From: a virus
Taxonomy: Duplodnaviria > Caudoviricetes
Reading direction: 5' to 3' (one strand)
IMG/VR virus record: IMGVR_UViG_3300044984_002334
Span: 1 to 59,189 of that record
DNA length: 59,189 bases
The notes beneath the pieces were generated by a model. The model did not search any database. It was not told the origin of the DNA and saw only the letters and a list, made by a program, of their open reading frames with translations. Each line of letters opens with the position of its first letter. Position 1 is the stretch's first letter. Shown here one piece after another: positions 40,094 through 50,142 of the stretch. A program made the position numbers and the translations under genes.

Positions 40094-41749
40094 TTAAAAA
40101 GTTGAAAGTGCTACTCGTTTCCATCCGGTGGACGCTTTGAAATAAATATAATCGTCATCTACGGACACGTCGCCCGCCGCGCCGTTTGCGTCTGCCGATC
40201 CAGTTGGGGTGTATTGAGTTACTAATCTTAACTGTGTATATCCGTTTGTACCTGTAATGGTGACGTTGGAAGTAGGGACCGTTGTGCTGCCAAATGCGGA
40301 TTTACCAACAAAATTATTTACCGCCGTCGTACCTGTTTGATATATTGCTTTTCTTGCAGTACCGCCTGTATTTGTTCCATCTGCTGAAATTTCTAAGGCC
40401 CGAAAGTCTGCCGATGCTGTTAGGATCGGATTTATAAATACGTTTCTAACTATACCCGATGCGCCACCGGTTTGATTTGTGGTTGTCGTTAATTGAATTT
40501 CACTGAAAGTACACGTGCCGGATGTTGGAGCAAAAATATTTGAAAAAAGTGTTCCGTATTTTGTGCCCGACGTTGTTGAAAAACTACTGTTTCCAATTCT
40601 TATACCAGTACCCGACGCGTTGTTACTTGAATTTAACACAATTGCCTGTGTGCTTGCGGCGCTCGTTGATATTGATATTGTGCCCGAACTATTGCCTAAT
40701 GTCAATGCTTGCGCACTATTCCCGATCGTAAAGCCTGCCGTTGTTGTGATACCTGTGTTAAGATATGATGCTGCGGATACTCCCGCGCTGCTGAATACCC
40801 TTAACCCTGATCCCGGACTAAAATTAAATTGTTCGACCAATGCTCCTGCATTATTAACAAGACTTATTCCAAGGTTACCCGTACGGCTCGCGTGTGTCGC
40901 TGTGCCCCATTTTGCAGATATTTGCGCGGCATCCTGATTGTCTGTTGTTGTTGTTTCCAGTTCAAACAGTAGCCCGGCTCCAAAATTATCGGCTGTGGTA
41001 CCGGTGCTATTTGCTTGAATAGTTAATGCCTCTTGCACCGTTGCCGTGTTTGCTGTGACAACCGTTTGCGTAATTGCACCGCCTGTTGTTGCCGCTCCTG
41101 CAATTGTTTGCCGAACCACGCCGTTTGTCTCAAACGAAAGTGCATTTGCATCGTTGGTTCCGATTAATACGGTTGTGCCTGTTGTGTTACCTCCGTTAAT
41201 AATATCCCCGGCCCCGCCTGTTATCGTCGTATTGGTTACGCTTGTTATACGCCCGTCCGCATCTACGGCAAAAACAGGCACCTGTGTTGCGCTTCCGTAT
41301 GTGGCGGCTGTTACCGTTGTGCTTTCCAATTCCGAACTTCCCACTGCGTTTGCTGCGATCTTTGCCGCTGTTACCGCGTCGTTTGCAATTGCCCAAGTTG
41401 TGCCTCCATCATTTACTGTAATATCACCTTTGCTACCATCGGTAATACCCCCACCAGATACTGTTGTATTAGTTACTGAAGTAATCTGGCCTTTAGCATT
41501 TACTGCGAACACAGGAATTTGAGAAGCTGAACCATAAGTGTTAGCTGTAACAGAAGTATTAGCTAACATTGTTGAAGAAACCCCATTAGACTTAATAGAA
41601 AGAATCTGACTATCAGTACCATTTCCTGAGAATATAGTTGTGTCTACGGTTATAGAATCGCTTTTAATTAAGTTTATTAACTCACTGTAAGATTGCGAAT
41701 AAACATTTGCTCCAAATAAAATGAAGCTGCATAAAATATAATTTTTCAT
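40094..41749 (-). CDS. Fibre-like protein with N-terminal signal peptide (ORF track start 41773; ATG 41749 preferred)
   Basis: MKNYILCSFILFGANVYS|Q; G/T/S-rich shaft with a duplicated ~40-aa unit; C-terminal GDVSVDDDYIYFKASTGWKRVALSTF fibre-type motif; ATG lies 2 nt after the upstream stop. Confidence 0.7.
   Translation of the reverse strand: MKNYILCSFILFGANVYSQSYSELINLIKSDSITVDTTIFSGNGTDSQILSIKSNGVSSTMLANTSVTANTYGSASQIPVFAVNAKGQITSVTNTTVSGGGITDGSKGDITVNDGGTTWAIANDAVTAAKIAANAVGSSELESTTVTAATYGSATQVPVFAVDADGRITSVTNTTITGGAGDIINGGNTTGTTVLIGTNDANALSFETNGVVRQTIAGAATTGGAITQTVVTANTATVQEALTIQANSTGTTADNFGAGLLFELETTTTDNQDAAQISAKWGTATHASRTGNLGISLVNNAGALVEQFNFSPGSGLRVFSSAGVSAASYLNTGITTTAGFTIGNSAQALTLGNSSGTISISTSAASTQAIVLNSSNNASGTGIRIGNSSFSTTSGTKYGTLFSNIFAPTSGTCTFSEIQLTTTTNQTGGASGIVRNVFINPILTASADFRALEISADGTNTGGTARKAIYQTGTTAVNNFVGKSAFGSTTVPTSNVTITGTNGYTQLRLVTQYTPTGSADANGAAGDVSVDDDYIYFKASTGWKRVALSTF
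41225..41560 (-). repeat. Duplicated ~40-aa shaft unit
   Basis: TSVTANTYGSASQIPVFAVNAKGQITSVTNTTVSGG versus TTVTAATYGSATQVPVFAVDADGRITSVTNTTITGG. Confidence 0.8.
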
Positions 41750-41751
41750 AG

Positions 41752-44700
41752 TTATAATATTAAACGATACCATCTTAACCCATTTGTATTGTAAACATAA
41801 GAATACGTATCTCCTCCTTTTGCTGGGGAAGCAGGAACGCTGGCTTGATAAATAGTTTTACCTGCGCTAGCATTTATAGTTAAGGTGGTAATAAGGTTAG
41901 AACCTGTAGGTATAGTGCCACCAAAAACAATAGTAACAACTTGTCCTTCGTAAGGATTCGCTGGTAAGACAAATGTATGTGATGCTATAAGTGTTGGTAT
42001 ATTTATCACTACTCTTGAAATGTTATTTGCAAGTGACGTAGTTGCAGCTGAGGTTAAAGATGTGGCATAAAATGTAGTTCCTAAACTAACACCACTAGGT
42101 ATAGTTGCTATTCCTGTAGTTCCAGCTACTGTGACATATGGTGTTATAGTTCCAGTTCCAGATTGATATGACATTACCAAATTATCTAAGTTGTCATGTA
42201 AAAGACTCCAAGTATCTCCAGCACCATTAGTATTCAATAACAAAAGATTAGAGGCTGTATCAGCAACTGCATTACCCCGACCATCAATACGTATTGCTCC
42301 AGCAAATCTTGCATTTCCTTCTACACGTAATTTAACCGCAGCTAATACTGCAGCACCTATTGCAACATTAGTATTGTTAGTAACTATAGCGCTACTTCCT
42401 GCTATTGAAGTTCCGTTATAATATAACATTTGAGACGAACTACCGCCAATTAACGACGCTAAATTCGCATTCGTTGCGTTACTTATTGTAGCAACACCTG
42501 CTGTAACATTATTATATAAAAAACCTGAACTTAAAGCTCCTAGGTTTTGCTCATTAGTTAAAGTAGGTTCTGAAGTAGAAGTAACAAAAGATAATCCTGT
42601 ACCTACACCACCTCCTGTAGGATTTTTAGGTTCCCAGATAGAAGTTGTATTATTCCATGCAATTACTTGACCGTCTGTAGGAAGAACTGTACTGAGTGCT
42701 CTTGTAGCTAACCTAGTATCTACATAACCTTTATCAGTTAAAGATCTATTTGTGTAACCAGTTTTATAATCAGCTGCATATTGTAATCCTTTAGAAGTAG
42801 CCCTATTATCTGTTACAATCATATCTCCTGTACTATTATTCAATTCTAGTTGGATGTTATCACCAAATACATTCCAACTAGCTGTGCCAGTTAGTGAAAA
42901 TGATGTTACTCCACCTGTTATCGTATTTACTGTGATACCATTTCCATAATCATTTATAGATCCATCTTCTAAGGAGTTGCCACCTAAAGCAACTTTTGGT
43001 ATTCTATTTACCGTAAGTGTTGAAGTTTTACCAATTTTATTATTGAACGTTGACCAATCTGTGCTGTTTAATGCACCACGAGCAGTTGCCGATGCAGTTG
43101 GTAAATTAAATGTATGTGAATTGGATGCAGAATTAATTACAAAATCTGTTCCAGAAGTACCTGTAACTAATGTTTGCGCGTTTCCAGTTAAGGAATTCAA
43201 AGAAGTTAAGGCATTAGCACTAACAGTTAATGTGTTAGAAGCTGCAAAATAAGTTGTTCCAATAATACCAGATCCGTTAACAGTTAAAGTTTGCCCACCT
43301 AAATTCTCAGAATTAGTGCCATCTGTTAGTGTAAGATTTTCATTTGTTACACTACCATCCACCTCTGTACCAGTTACAATTATAGTACCAGCCGATTGAG
43401 TAACTGCATTAATGCCAGCCCCTGCAATTGTAGCAGTACCGCCTCCAGTTCCTGATATTGCGTTAAGTGACAGTATTCCGGTTGCTACACCTGTTACTGT
43501 CAGCGTTTGTGCCTCATTTGTTATGCTACCATCTACTTCCGTTGCCGTTATGGTAATCGTGCCTCCATTTGCAGATATTGTTTCTGCAATAGCATTAATG
43601 CCAGCGGCGTTGATTGTTACACCTGTTGCACCCGACGTGTTGGAGGTAATTACCGAAGAAGCGGCACCACCAGCGCCTACTCCTATTAATCCCTCGTTAG
43701 TTACGCTACCATCTACCTCCGTTCCTGTTATGGTGAAATTAGGATACGTGCCGGTTGCTACATTAATACCAGCCCCTGTAATTGCGACTGTTTGGTCGGG
43801 TGCTGTATTTGTTATTGTTGCAATACCGTCTAATGTTGTTCCTGTTGTTGCAATTCCTATTCCGGTGCCCTCGGCTAACTGTAGAGAACCTCCGGTATTG
43901 CTAAGTGTAACAGTATGAGTAGTTGCGTTTGAGGTGTTTGCAAGTGTTTGCAGTTCCAGTGTGGCCGGGTCGAGTGTGGAGCGCACTGCTATGCCGGAAG
44001 CGTCGAGTTGTAGCAGGCGGTTTCCTGTGCCGGATAGGTTGTCGAAGATTACGGCGCGGTCGTCTCTGACGGAAAAGGCTAATTGACTACTGCTATTCCG
44101 CATGCGAACGGAATAAGTAGACGAGGTACTACCAGTGCCTGTTACAGTCATCTTATTATTACTGTTGGGAGTGCTTCCTACGCCTGTATTACCTTTTAGG
44201 TAGTTATTATTCGTAGATACATCTGAATATAAAAAGTATTTGCTCCCTGTTACAGACGATAAGTTAAGGTTATCAAATACGCCATACTGATTCACAACAG
44301 ACCCTCCAGAATTTGTCGCGCCTTCCAATAGTAACCCGTATAAATTTGATGTTGTTGTACCCGCTCCGTTGGTTGCCATATATGCCCTATATCCTGTTTG
44401 TGTATTTCCAGTTAGCCGCGAATTAATTATAAGCGCATTAATGCCGTAAGCGGTTTTTGACTCCTTAACCTCTAACTCTATACCATATCCGGTGTTCCAT
44501 CTGCCTGTACTATTATCGAGCACACGCGCATTTATGCCGCGCGCTGTATGAGCATCCCGCGTATCACTATATCTGTTAACGTCGAACTGTAGTCCATTGC
44601 AATACTGAACATCGCCCGTCGTTGCAAAGTTATTAATAACGCCAAACACTCCTCTAATACCTAATGCTGTACCGGAATTATTTGTAGTAGTACTTTGGAA

Positions 44701-46620
44701 TCCAGCTGTGTTGATGTTTACGGTTTCAACTGGAATTATAACGTCTGATTTCATTCCGTATGCAAACAAAGATGACGGTGCGCCAGTAGAGCCTAATGTT
44801 ATACTGCTGTTATATCCATTTATATTTGTATTACTCGTGGACGATGTTCCTGAATATACTACTCTGTTAAGATATGTATTAGCACTTATAATGCCTGAAC
44901 TTTGGTGAACGTAGGTGCCGTCCGTGTAAATGGAATTGTTGCCTAATCCCGGAGTTATCCGTAGCCCCGTACCGTTATAAGTGAAATTTGCATTACTTGT
45001 AATAGAATTAACATTATTCCAGTACGCCACACGTTCATTGCTCCCGCTGCCCGTTACCCCTCCGCCAGCCGTAATATCTGCCGCCACCAACCCCCGAAAC
45101 GCCGGAGTAGCAAGACCACCAGAAGTTGGCCCAGCGAATACTGTATTGGCCGACTGCGTGAATAGTGCCGTTGCTAACGTGCCGGAGCCTGTAACAGGCG
45201 AACCTGACACCGAAAAAATGGACGGCATGGTAAGTCCCACACTTGTAACTGTACCAACCGGTGCAGTAATCCATGAAGGAGAGGTCCCGTTAGTGGATAG
45301 TATTTTCCCAGTGTTGCCAGTCTGGGTGGGCAATTCTATTTCGTTGGTGATACTGCTATCTGCAACTGTACTATTTTGCCACCACTTACTAGCACTATTA
45401 TATGTCAAAACCTGCCCATTGGTCGGACTTGTCAACTTAACGTCGTGTAACTCGTTTAACCCTTCGCCGTTTTGCACATTTGCGTATATGATACCTACAG
45501 CCGCATGCTGTCTAACACAATACCCTACTATCACCTCATGATTAGGCGCTGTTGGAAGGGTAGCGGTTATGCCGCCGGGAACGGTTGGTGAAAGATACAA
45601 AGGTGCGCCCTCCGGGAATGCCGACGTATTAAGACCTCTTACCAGCCCCTCCGTTGTTACATATCCCTCCTGATTATTTGCAATATTTTCTGTTGCAATA
45701 CCCAATACAGTATTGGTTGTGCTGTCACTGCTTGCGCTTGCAATTCTGACCGCTATTCGATTACCCTGCGCCCCTGATACGTAAACTACCTGGCCATTAT
45801 TTATCGTTGTACCGGATTTATTGACCACCCGTGCAAGTGATTCCTGACCGACCTGCAATGTAACATTTCCGCCTTTCATACCCAAGTCAAGGGTGCCGTC
45901 TGTATCGTTCCATCGAAAAGTGCCGATACCGCCGGGCAAAGTTGGTAACGTGTTGAATGATAATCGGTCGAGCGTGTCAATCCTGATAACAGTACCGTCT
46001 ATTGCAATTCCTTCACCGGCCGTGTAAGAAGTGCCGCCCCCGCTACCACTGGCTATCCAAATAGTTCCATTAGATCTATAAATTTGTCCAAAAGAGTTTT
46101 TCCAAAGTTCTCCTTGTTTGCCAACTGCTGTTACAGCTGGCTGCACTCCTTCCGCTCCTATATAGTCAGTTATCTCTTTTGCATCTTTTATATATTTATC
46201 GACTTGAATAACTAATCTGTTCCGTATAAGAGAAGCTAAGTCGTTCCTCAAAGAAGAAGGAAAAGAAGGAAGTTTATAAAATGTAGATGGATGTATAATT
46301 GCTGCCTCTCCATATGGGACATCTGGAGCAATATCAGAAAACACTTCCATTTCTAGTATAGAACCAGAAGCAAGTATAATACTTGTGACTGTGAATATAG
46401 AAAGATTAGGTCCGTCTAATGTATATAAAGAATCATTAATAGAAACTGAAGTGGCATCAAAAGCACCTAAGTCATCTCCAGTAATTCCAGTAATGTTAAA
46501 ATAACCTCCTCCTGTGCGAGCCACAGTAGTAATTTCATATCTCATTATAGGATTAATGGGAACTTGAGCATTTGTTGAAAATATACAAAAAATCCCAAAT
46601 ACTAAAAGTAAAACTCTCAT
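41752..46620 (-). CDS. Large mosaic tail-fibre/adhesin-like protein with N-terminal signal peptide
   Basis: MRVLLLVFGIFCIFSTNA|Q; phage fibre modules (LNELHDVKLTSPTNGQVLTYN...WQN, GTVTSVGL, PTDGQVIAWN, FNLPTASATARGAL...DW.TFNNK); EVDGS.TNE repeats. Confidence 0.75.
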   Translation of the reverse strand: MRVLLLVFGIFCIFSTNAQVPINPIMRYEITTVARTGGGYFNITGITGDDLGAFDATSVSINDSLYTLDGPNLSIFTVTSIILASGSILEMEVFSDIAPDVPYGEAAIIHPSTFYKLPSFPSSLRNDLASLIRNRLVIQVDKYIKDAKEITDYIGAEGVQPAVTAVGKQGELWKNSFGQIYRSNGTIWIASGSGGGTSYTAGEGIAIDGTVIRIDTLDRLSFNTLPTLPGGIGTFRWNDTDGTLDLGMKGGNVTLQVGQESLARVVNKSGTTINNGQVVYVSGAQGNRIAVRIASASSDSTTNTVLGIATENIANNQEGYVTTEGLVRGLNTSAFPEGAPLYLSPTVPGGITATLPTAPNHEVIVGYCVRQHAAVGIIYANVQNGEGLNELHDVKLTSPTNGQVLTYNSASKWWQNSTVADSSITNEIELPTQTGNTGKILSTNGTSPSWITAPVGTVTSVGLTMPSIFSVSGSPVTGSGTLATALFTQSANTVFAGPTSGGLATPAFRGLVAADITAGGGVTGSGSNERVAYWNNVNSITSNANFTYNGTGLRITPGLGNNSIYTDGTYVHQSSGIISANTYLNRVVYSGTSSTSNTNINGYNSSITLGSTGAPSSLFAYGMKSDVIIPVETVNINTAGFQSTTTNNSGTALGIRGVFGVINNFATTGDVQYCNGLQFDVNRYSDTRDAHTARGINARVLDNSTGRWNTGYGIELEVKESKTAYGINALIINSRLTGNTQTGYRAYMATNGAGTTTSNLYGLLLEGATNSGGSVVNQYGVFDNLNLSSVTGSKYFLYSDVSTNNNYLKGNTGVGSTPNSNNKMTVTGTGSTSSTYSVRMRNSSSQLAFSVRDDRAVIFDNLSGTGNRLLQLDASGIAVRSTLDPATLELQTLANTSNATTHTVTLSNTGGSLQLAEGTGIGIATTGTTLDGIATITNTAPDQTVAITGAGINVATGTYPNFTITGTEVDGSVTNEGLIGVGAGGAASSVITSNTSGATGVTINAAGINAIAETISANGGTITITATEVDGSITNEAQTLTVTGVATGILSLNAISGTGGGTATIAGAGINAVTQSAGTIIVTGTEVDGSVTNENLTLTDGTNSENLGGQTLTVNGSGIIGTTYFAASNTLTVSANALTSLNSLTGNAQTLVTGTSGTDFVINSASNSHTFNLPTASATARGALNSTDWSTFNNKIGKTSTLTVNRIPKVALGGNSLEDGSINDYGNGITVNTITGGVTSFSLTGTASWNVFGDNIQLELNNSTGDMIVTDNRATSKGLQYAADYKTGYTNRSLTDKGYVDTRLATRALSTVLPTDGQVIAWNNTTSIWEPKNPTGGGVGTGLSFVTSTSEPTLTNEQNLGALSSGFLYNNVTAGVATISNATNANLASLIGGSSSQMLYYNGTSIAGSSAIVTNNTNVAIGAAVLAAVKLRVEGNARFAGAIRIDGRGNAVADTASNLLLLNTNGAGDTWSLLHDNLDNLVMSYQSGTGTITPYVTVAGTTGIATIPSGVSLGTTFYATSLTSAATTSLANNISRVVINIPTLIASHTFVLPANPYEGQVVTIVFGGTIPTGSNLITTLTINASAGKTIYQASVPASPAKGGDTYSYVYNTNGLRWYRLIL
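43335..43795 (-). repeat. Three imperfect repeats encoding (G/A)AGIN...IT(G/A)TEVDGS(V/I)TNE
   Basis: Related DNA and protein units near 43340-43425, 43512-43612 and 43692-43785. Confidence 0.75.
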
Positions 46621-46621
46621 G

Positions 46622-48007
46622 TTAAAAATTAAATTTAAGTGCCCAACTAGTTCCTATACCATTTAAATTTAAGATTCTAATTGATAAATGACTAGTACTA
46701 TCTATACATTGGATTTGTGGAGTATTATCTATGTCATAGATGTGTGGAACTCCCGCTGAAGCAGGCCCACCTAAAATCATATTTATTTTAGTTACTGAAG
46801 GATAATCAGCTGCTTCCGTGAGTGGGAAAGTAACAGTGAAATTATTAGCAGCTAGATCAGAACTTCTGCCGATAATTCTTGCCGATATAAGAATTACTCC
46901 TAAAGGAATATTAAAAGTACCTTCTCCTACAACTTTAGAAAAAGTAATGCCAGTTCCAGTAGCCATTACATATGCATTATTACCAGCGCTATATTTGACG
47001 ATTCCAGATCCGCCTCCGCCTGCAGGAGCATCTCCCTTATAAAGTTTTCCTGTAATATCTTCTATATAGAGAACTTTGTCTGTAGTTCCCGTATCAAGAT
47101 TATTGATAAAATGCCCAGAATTATTTATTGTTAAATTTCTATTATAGGTTCCATCAAACTGCTCCATTGTGATTGAGTTTTCGGAAACCATAGATATAGC
47201 AGCTTTTATATTACCATTTACTTGTCGAAGAGAAGTAAGCGTACCATCTGGGTCAACACGCATTTCTGCATATCTATTTGAGTTATTATTTGTTTCAGAA
47301 CGTAACGCTCCACCAGCTATTAAACTAGAAGTTAGATAAAGTGTGGTTCTAGCATTAGTACCTATATTGTTGTCTGCTTCTAAAGTAATAGACGTTGTAT
47401 CATTTATAGTTAAATATTTTGAGAACGCTCCGTTTATAATAGTATTTTGATTAAGAGTTCCTCCTAATCTATACTTATCTAAAGGAGCTCCTGTACCAGA
47501 AATACCATTTTCAGAAAAGCCAGAACCTATAGATGTTTCAAGAGCTTGAAGTGCTGCTTTAATAGTTGAATTATCTGGAATTGTATTACCTGTAAATATT
47601 CCTAAATTAGTTGAATTTGAGGCTACCCCAGTAAGGGTCGTAAGATCTTCTACATCTAACTCAAGATTATCTAAGTTAACTGGTTGAGTAATTGTAATAA
47701 ATGATTCTTTTGTTTTACCAGCTGCTGTTTGTAATCCAGCAAGTAAGTTGGTAGCTGCAGGAAGTGTTACATCTGCGCCACTAGATGAGTTTACGTCTAT
47801 TGTAGAGGCAGTATTATTAGCAAGTGAAAGATTAGTAATTCCTGAACCTGAACCGGCGTAAGTAATTGCGTCTAGCACGTAATTAAATAATGAGATAGCG
47901 TCATTAGGTATATTTAACCCATGAGCTGCGTCATTAGCATTGTTCCGTGAAACAGTAGTATTTTTAGGGATATAAACTCCCTTTAGTTGTTCTAAAGTAT
48001 ATGCCAT
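46622..48007 (-). CDS. Putative head/tail fibre protein (ORF track start 48040; ATG 48007 preferred)
   Basis: TLPAATNLLAGL, LG.FTG.TI.DN.TIK.ALQ.LET and LGG.L.QNT.I fibre-like motifs; the longer start lies inside a terminator hairpin. Confidence 0.6.
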   Translation of the reverse strand: MAYTLEQLKGVYIPKNTTVSRNNANDAAHGLNIPNDAISLFNYVLDAITYAGSGSGITNLSLANNTASTIDVNSSSGADVTLPAATNLLAGLQTAAGKTKESFITITQPVNLDNLELDVEDLTTLTGVASNSTNLGIFTGNTIPDNSTIKAALQALETSIGSGFSENGISGTGAPLDKYRLGGTLNQNTIINGAFSKYLTINDTTSITLEADNNIGTNARTTLYLTSSLIAGGALRSETNNNSNRYAEMRVDPDGTLTSLRQVNGNIKAAISMVSENSITMEQFDGTYNRNLTINNSGHFINNLDTGTTDKVLYIEDITGKLYKGDAPAGGGGSGIVKYSAGNNAYVMATGTGITFSKVVGEGTFNIPLGVILISARIIGRSSDLAANNFTVTFPLTEAADYPSVTKINMILGGPASAGVPHIYDIDNTPQIQCIDSTSHLSIRILNLNGIGTSWALKFNF

Positions 48008-48012
48008 AGGTG

Positions 48013-48047
48013 TAAAAAAAAAGGGGATGCGGAATCCCACACCCCCT
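48013..48047 (-). terminator. Intrinsic terminator ending the capsid operon
   Basis: Minus strand GGGGGTGTGG-GATT-CCGCATCCCC followed by nine T's, just after the stop at 48058. Confidence 0.85.
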
Positions 48048-48057
48048 GATATATTTC

Positions 48058-49419
48058 TTAATCGAGATTGACAATTGATCCTTGAGAACCTGAAGTAAGG
48101 TAAGAAGCAAGTGCTGTGTCCATCAAAGCAATAGCTGGATTAACAGTTACGCCAGAGGAGAACGCTGGAATTAATACTCGTGAAAGTTTATTGAAACCAA
48201 TACTTGATCCGAAACCATTCTGGACTTTTACATCGTGACGAATGTTGTATGTGACATACTTTTCGTTTGCTACAATTGGAGAATCATATTTAGTTTGTGG
48301 AATCAAGTCATGTTCTAAGTTATACTTAGTCTGAGCAGCTGATTGGTATTGGATTTCCAATGCACGTGCGATACCTTGACCTTCGTTAGCAAAAGTGTAC
48401 TTAACATTACCTACAGTCTGGTAATTGAAACCAAGTGGAAGGTTTACTTTAATGTCAGTTTTAACTTGTGGGATACGATCGTCATAACCTGTACGAGCAT
48501 CAAGAGCTACAATCATGATCATTTCTGTAGCAGAAGAACCACCGTTAGCTACGTTAGCATTCTCAATAGTCCAAGTAACGGAAGCAATCGCTACAGCTTG
48601 TGCTGCAACAGCAGCTGCTTTGATAGCAGTAGCCATATCGTCAGTAACAGTGATCTGTTTTGCAACACCATTAATAGTAGTTACAGTAACAACATCACCA
48701 GCAGCGATTGGAGTAACACCACCAATCGCTTTACCAGAACCACCAACGTTCTTAATTAAAAGAGCGACAAATGGACCGTTGTTAGCAAAACGTGAATTGT
48801 AACCAAAAGCAGCAGATTTCTTATTTAAATCAACTACAAATTGTGTAGTCAGATAAGAAGTAGCTTGGGTGTTAGTATAGTTAAGACCAGTAGCAGAGAA
48901 ATCAGGAGAAATGATGTTAGAACGGATATAAGCCGATTCTTGTACAGACAAATCTTCTTCGATACGACGACCGCGAAGTGAAAGAGCAATTTCATACTCT
49001 GTGTTAGAAAGTACGTTGACAGCAGCAGCGTTACCAATGATATTACCTATTACAGTAATAGCGTGTGAAGGTGCGCGGTATGCTTGCTTAGTAATAGTAA
49101 CTGGTTGAGCCCAGTCGATTATCTCAGTTTGCTCGTAAGAACGTACAGACAGTGGGTATGCCACATTAGCAGTGTTTACACTAGCAGAGTAAGGAGTACC
49201 TTGTACGATACGTGATTTAGTAGAAGCTGCAAGAGTGGGAGATGCTCCAAGAAAGTTATTTAAAGCAACAGATCCGTTAAGACCTGCAGCCATGAAAGCT
49301 AACTGACCGTCATTTAAGTTTACAGTTGCGCCAGTAATAAGGCCGCCTGTGGTCTTAATGGTACCTTGAGTTGCTTTACTAACTACAAAAGTTTCAAGAG
49401 GTTTTGAATTAATGTTCAT
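48058..49419 (-). CDS. Putative auxiliary capsid/structural protein
   Basis: 453-aa Ala/Thr-rich protein, last gene of the MCP operon; position matches the crAss auxiliary capsid gene. Confidence 0.55.
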   Translation of the reverse strand: MNINSKPLETFVVSKATQGTIKTTGGLITGATVNLNDGQLAFMAAGLNGSVALNNFLGASPTLAASTKSRIVQGTPYSASVNTANVAYPLSVRSYEQTEIIDWAQPVTITKQAYRAPSHAITVIGNIIGNAAAVNVLSNTEYEIALSLRGRRIEEDLSVQESAYIRSNIISPDFSATGLNYTNTQATSYLTTQFVVDLNKKSAAFGYNSRFANNGPFVALLIKNVGGSGKAIGGVTPIAAGDVVTVTTINGVAKQITVTDDMATAIKAAAVAAQAVAIASVTWTIENANVANGGSSATEMIMIVALDARTGYDDRIPQVKTDIKVNLPLGFNYQTVGNVKYTFANEGQGIARALEIQYQSAAQTKYNLEHDLIPQTKYDSPIVANEKYVTYNIRHDVKVQNGFGSSIGFNKLSRVLIPAFSSGVTVNPAIALMDTALASYLTSGSQGSIVNLD

Positions 49420-50141
49420 TATTCGTTAATTTGTAATTTACTGTTTTTTAGTTGAATATACTCAGAACTTTCTATATTAGTTGCTGCCAATGTAACTGCA
49501 ATATCTATAATCTCAGTGTGAGTATGTTCAGGGAATTCAAGTGTTTGTTCAGGGTAAATTACCCCGTCAATATATTTATAATCCCCAAATGAAACTTTAT
49601 TCGGATATTTCAAGTACTCAATATATACTTTAGATATACTCGAATTCAACGGATATATATAAATAGACTGAGCATTTGTAGTAGACGACTTCCCAAAATT
49701 ATAAGGAAAAAAGTCTTCAGAAGGAGAATTGAATGGATCTTTTAACATGTCGTTAAAGTCATCTGATTGAATAAACTTTAAGGCAACTGTTTTAACACAG
49801 CCGTTTATAGTAGCTTCGCAGTAGATACGAGTTAACGCATAGTAATTATATTCTAGGGTACTTAAGTCAATCTCGTATATGTTAGTGTCCACTAATGTGG
49901 GAACTAAATACGGTTGCTCCGGAAACTTTATGACTAATGTAGAAAGATCGTCAATACGTTTTTGTGTATTTTCAAATCCCTTTCTTTTAGAATTGTTTGT
50001 ACCGCTTCTTTGTTTCAAAAAGACTAAACCAGCTTCATTAATCAACCAGTCTTTCTCTGCTTTTAAAAAATTTGTCTGGCTATGAGAATTAATACGATCC
50101 ATTTTAATATCAAAATCGTAATGAAGTTCTCTAATATCCAT
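49419..50141 (-). CDS. Tail ring protein (ring 3/4-like)
   Basis: ELHYDF...D.I.S......EKDWLINEA, GFE.TQKRIDDLSTLV, YLKYP.KV, EFPEHTHTEIIDIAV motifs. Confidence 0.75.
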   Translation of the reverse strand: MDIRELHYDFDIKMDRINSHSQTNFLKAEKDWLINEAGLVFLKQRSGTNNSKRKGFENTQKRIDDLSTLVIKFPEQPYLVPTLVDTNIYEIDLSTLEYNYYALTRIYCEATINGCVKTVALKFIQSDDFNDMLKDPFNSPSEDFFPYNFGKSSTTNAQSIYIYPLNSSISKVYIEYLKYPNKVSFGDYKYIDGVIYPEQTLEFPEHTHTEIIDIAVTLAATNIESSEYIQLKNSKLQINE

Positions 50142-50142
50142 T

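Noticed and set aside
40515-45541. Plus-strand ORFs opposite the fibre genes (e.g. 41046-41522, 43412-43918, 44981-45541)
   Set aside because: Antisense shadows of Gly/Thr/Ala-rich coding sequence; no motifs and no operon context.
40094-46620. Diversity-generating retroelement or invertible fibre cassette
   Set aside because: The repeats are in-frame and diverge at many positions rather than only at adenines; no reverse transcriptase, recombinase or inverted repeats were seen in the window.
48008-48040. N-terminal extension MGFRIPFFFTP of the 472-aa ORF
   Set aside because: It is the translation of the terminator hairpin and T-tract; ATG 48007 is the more plausible start.
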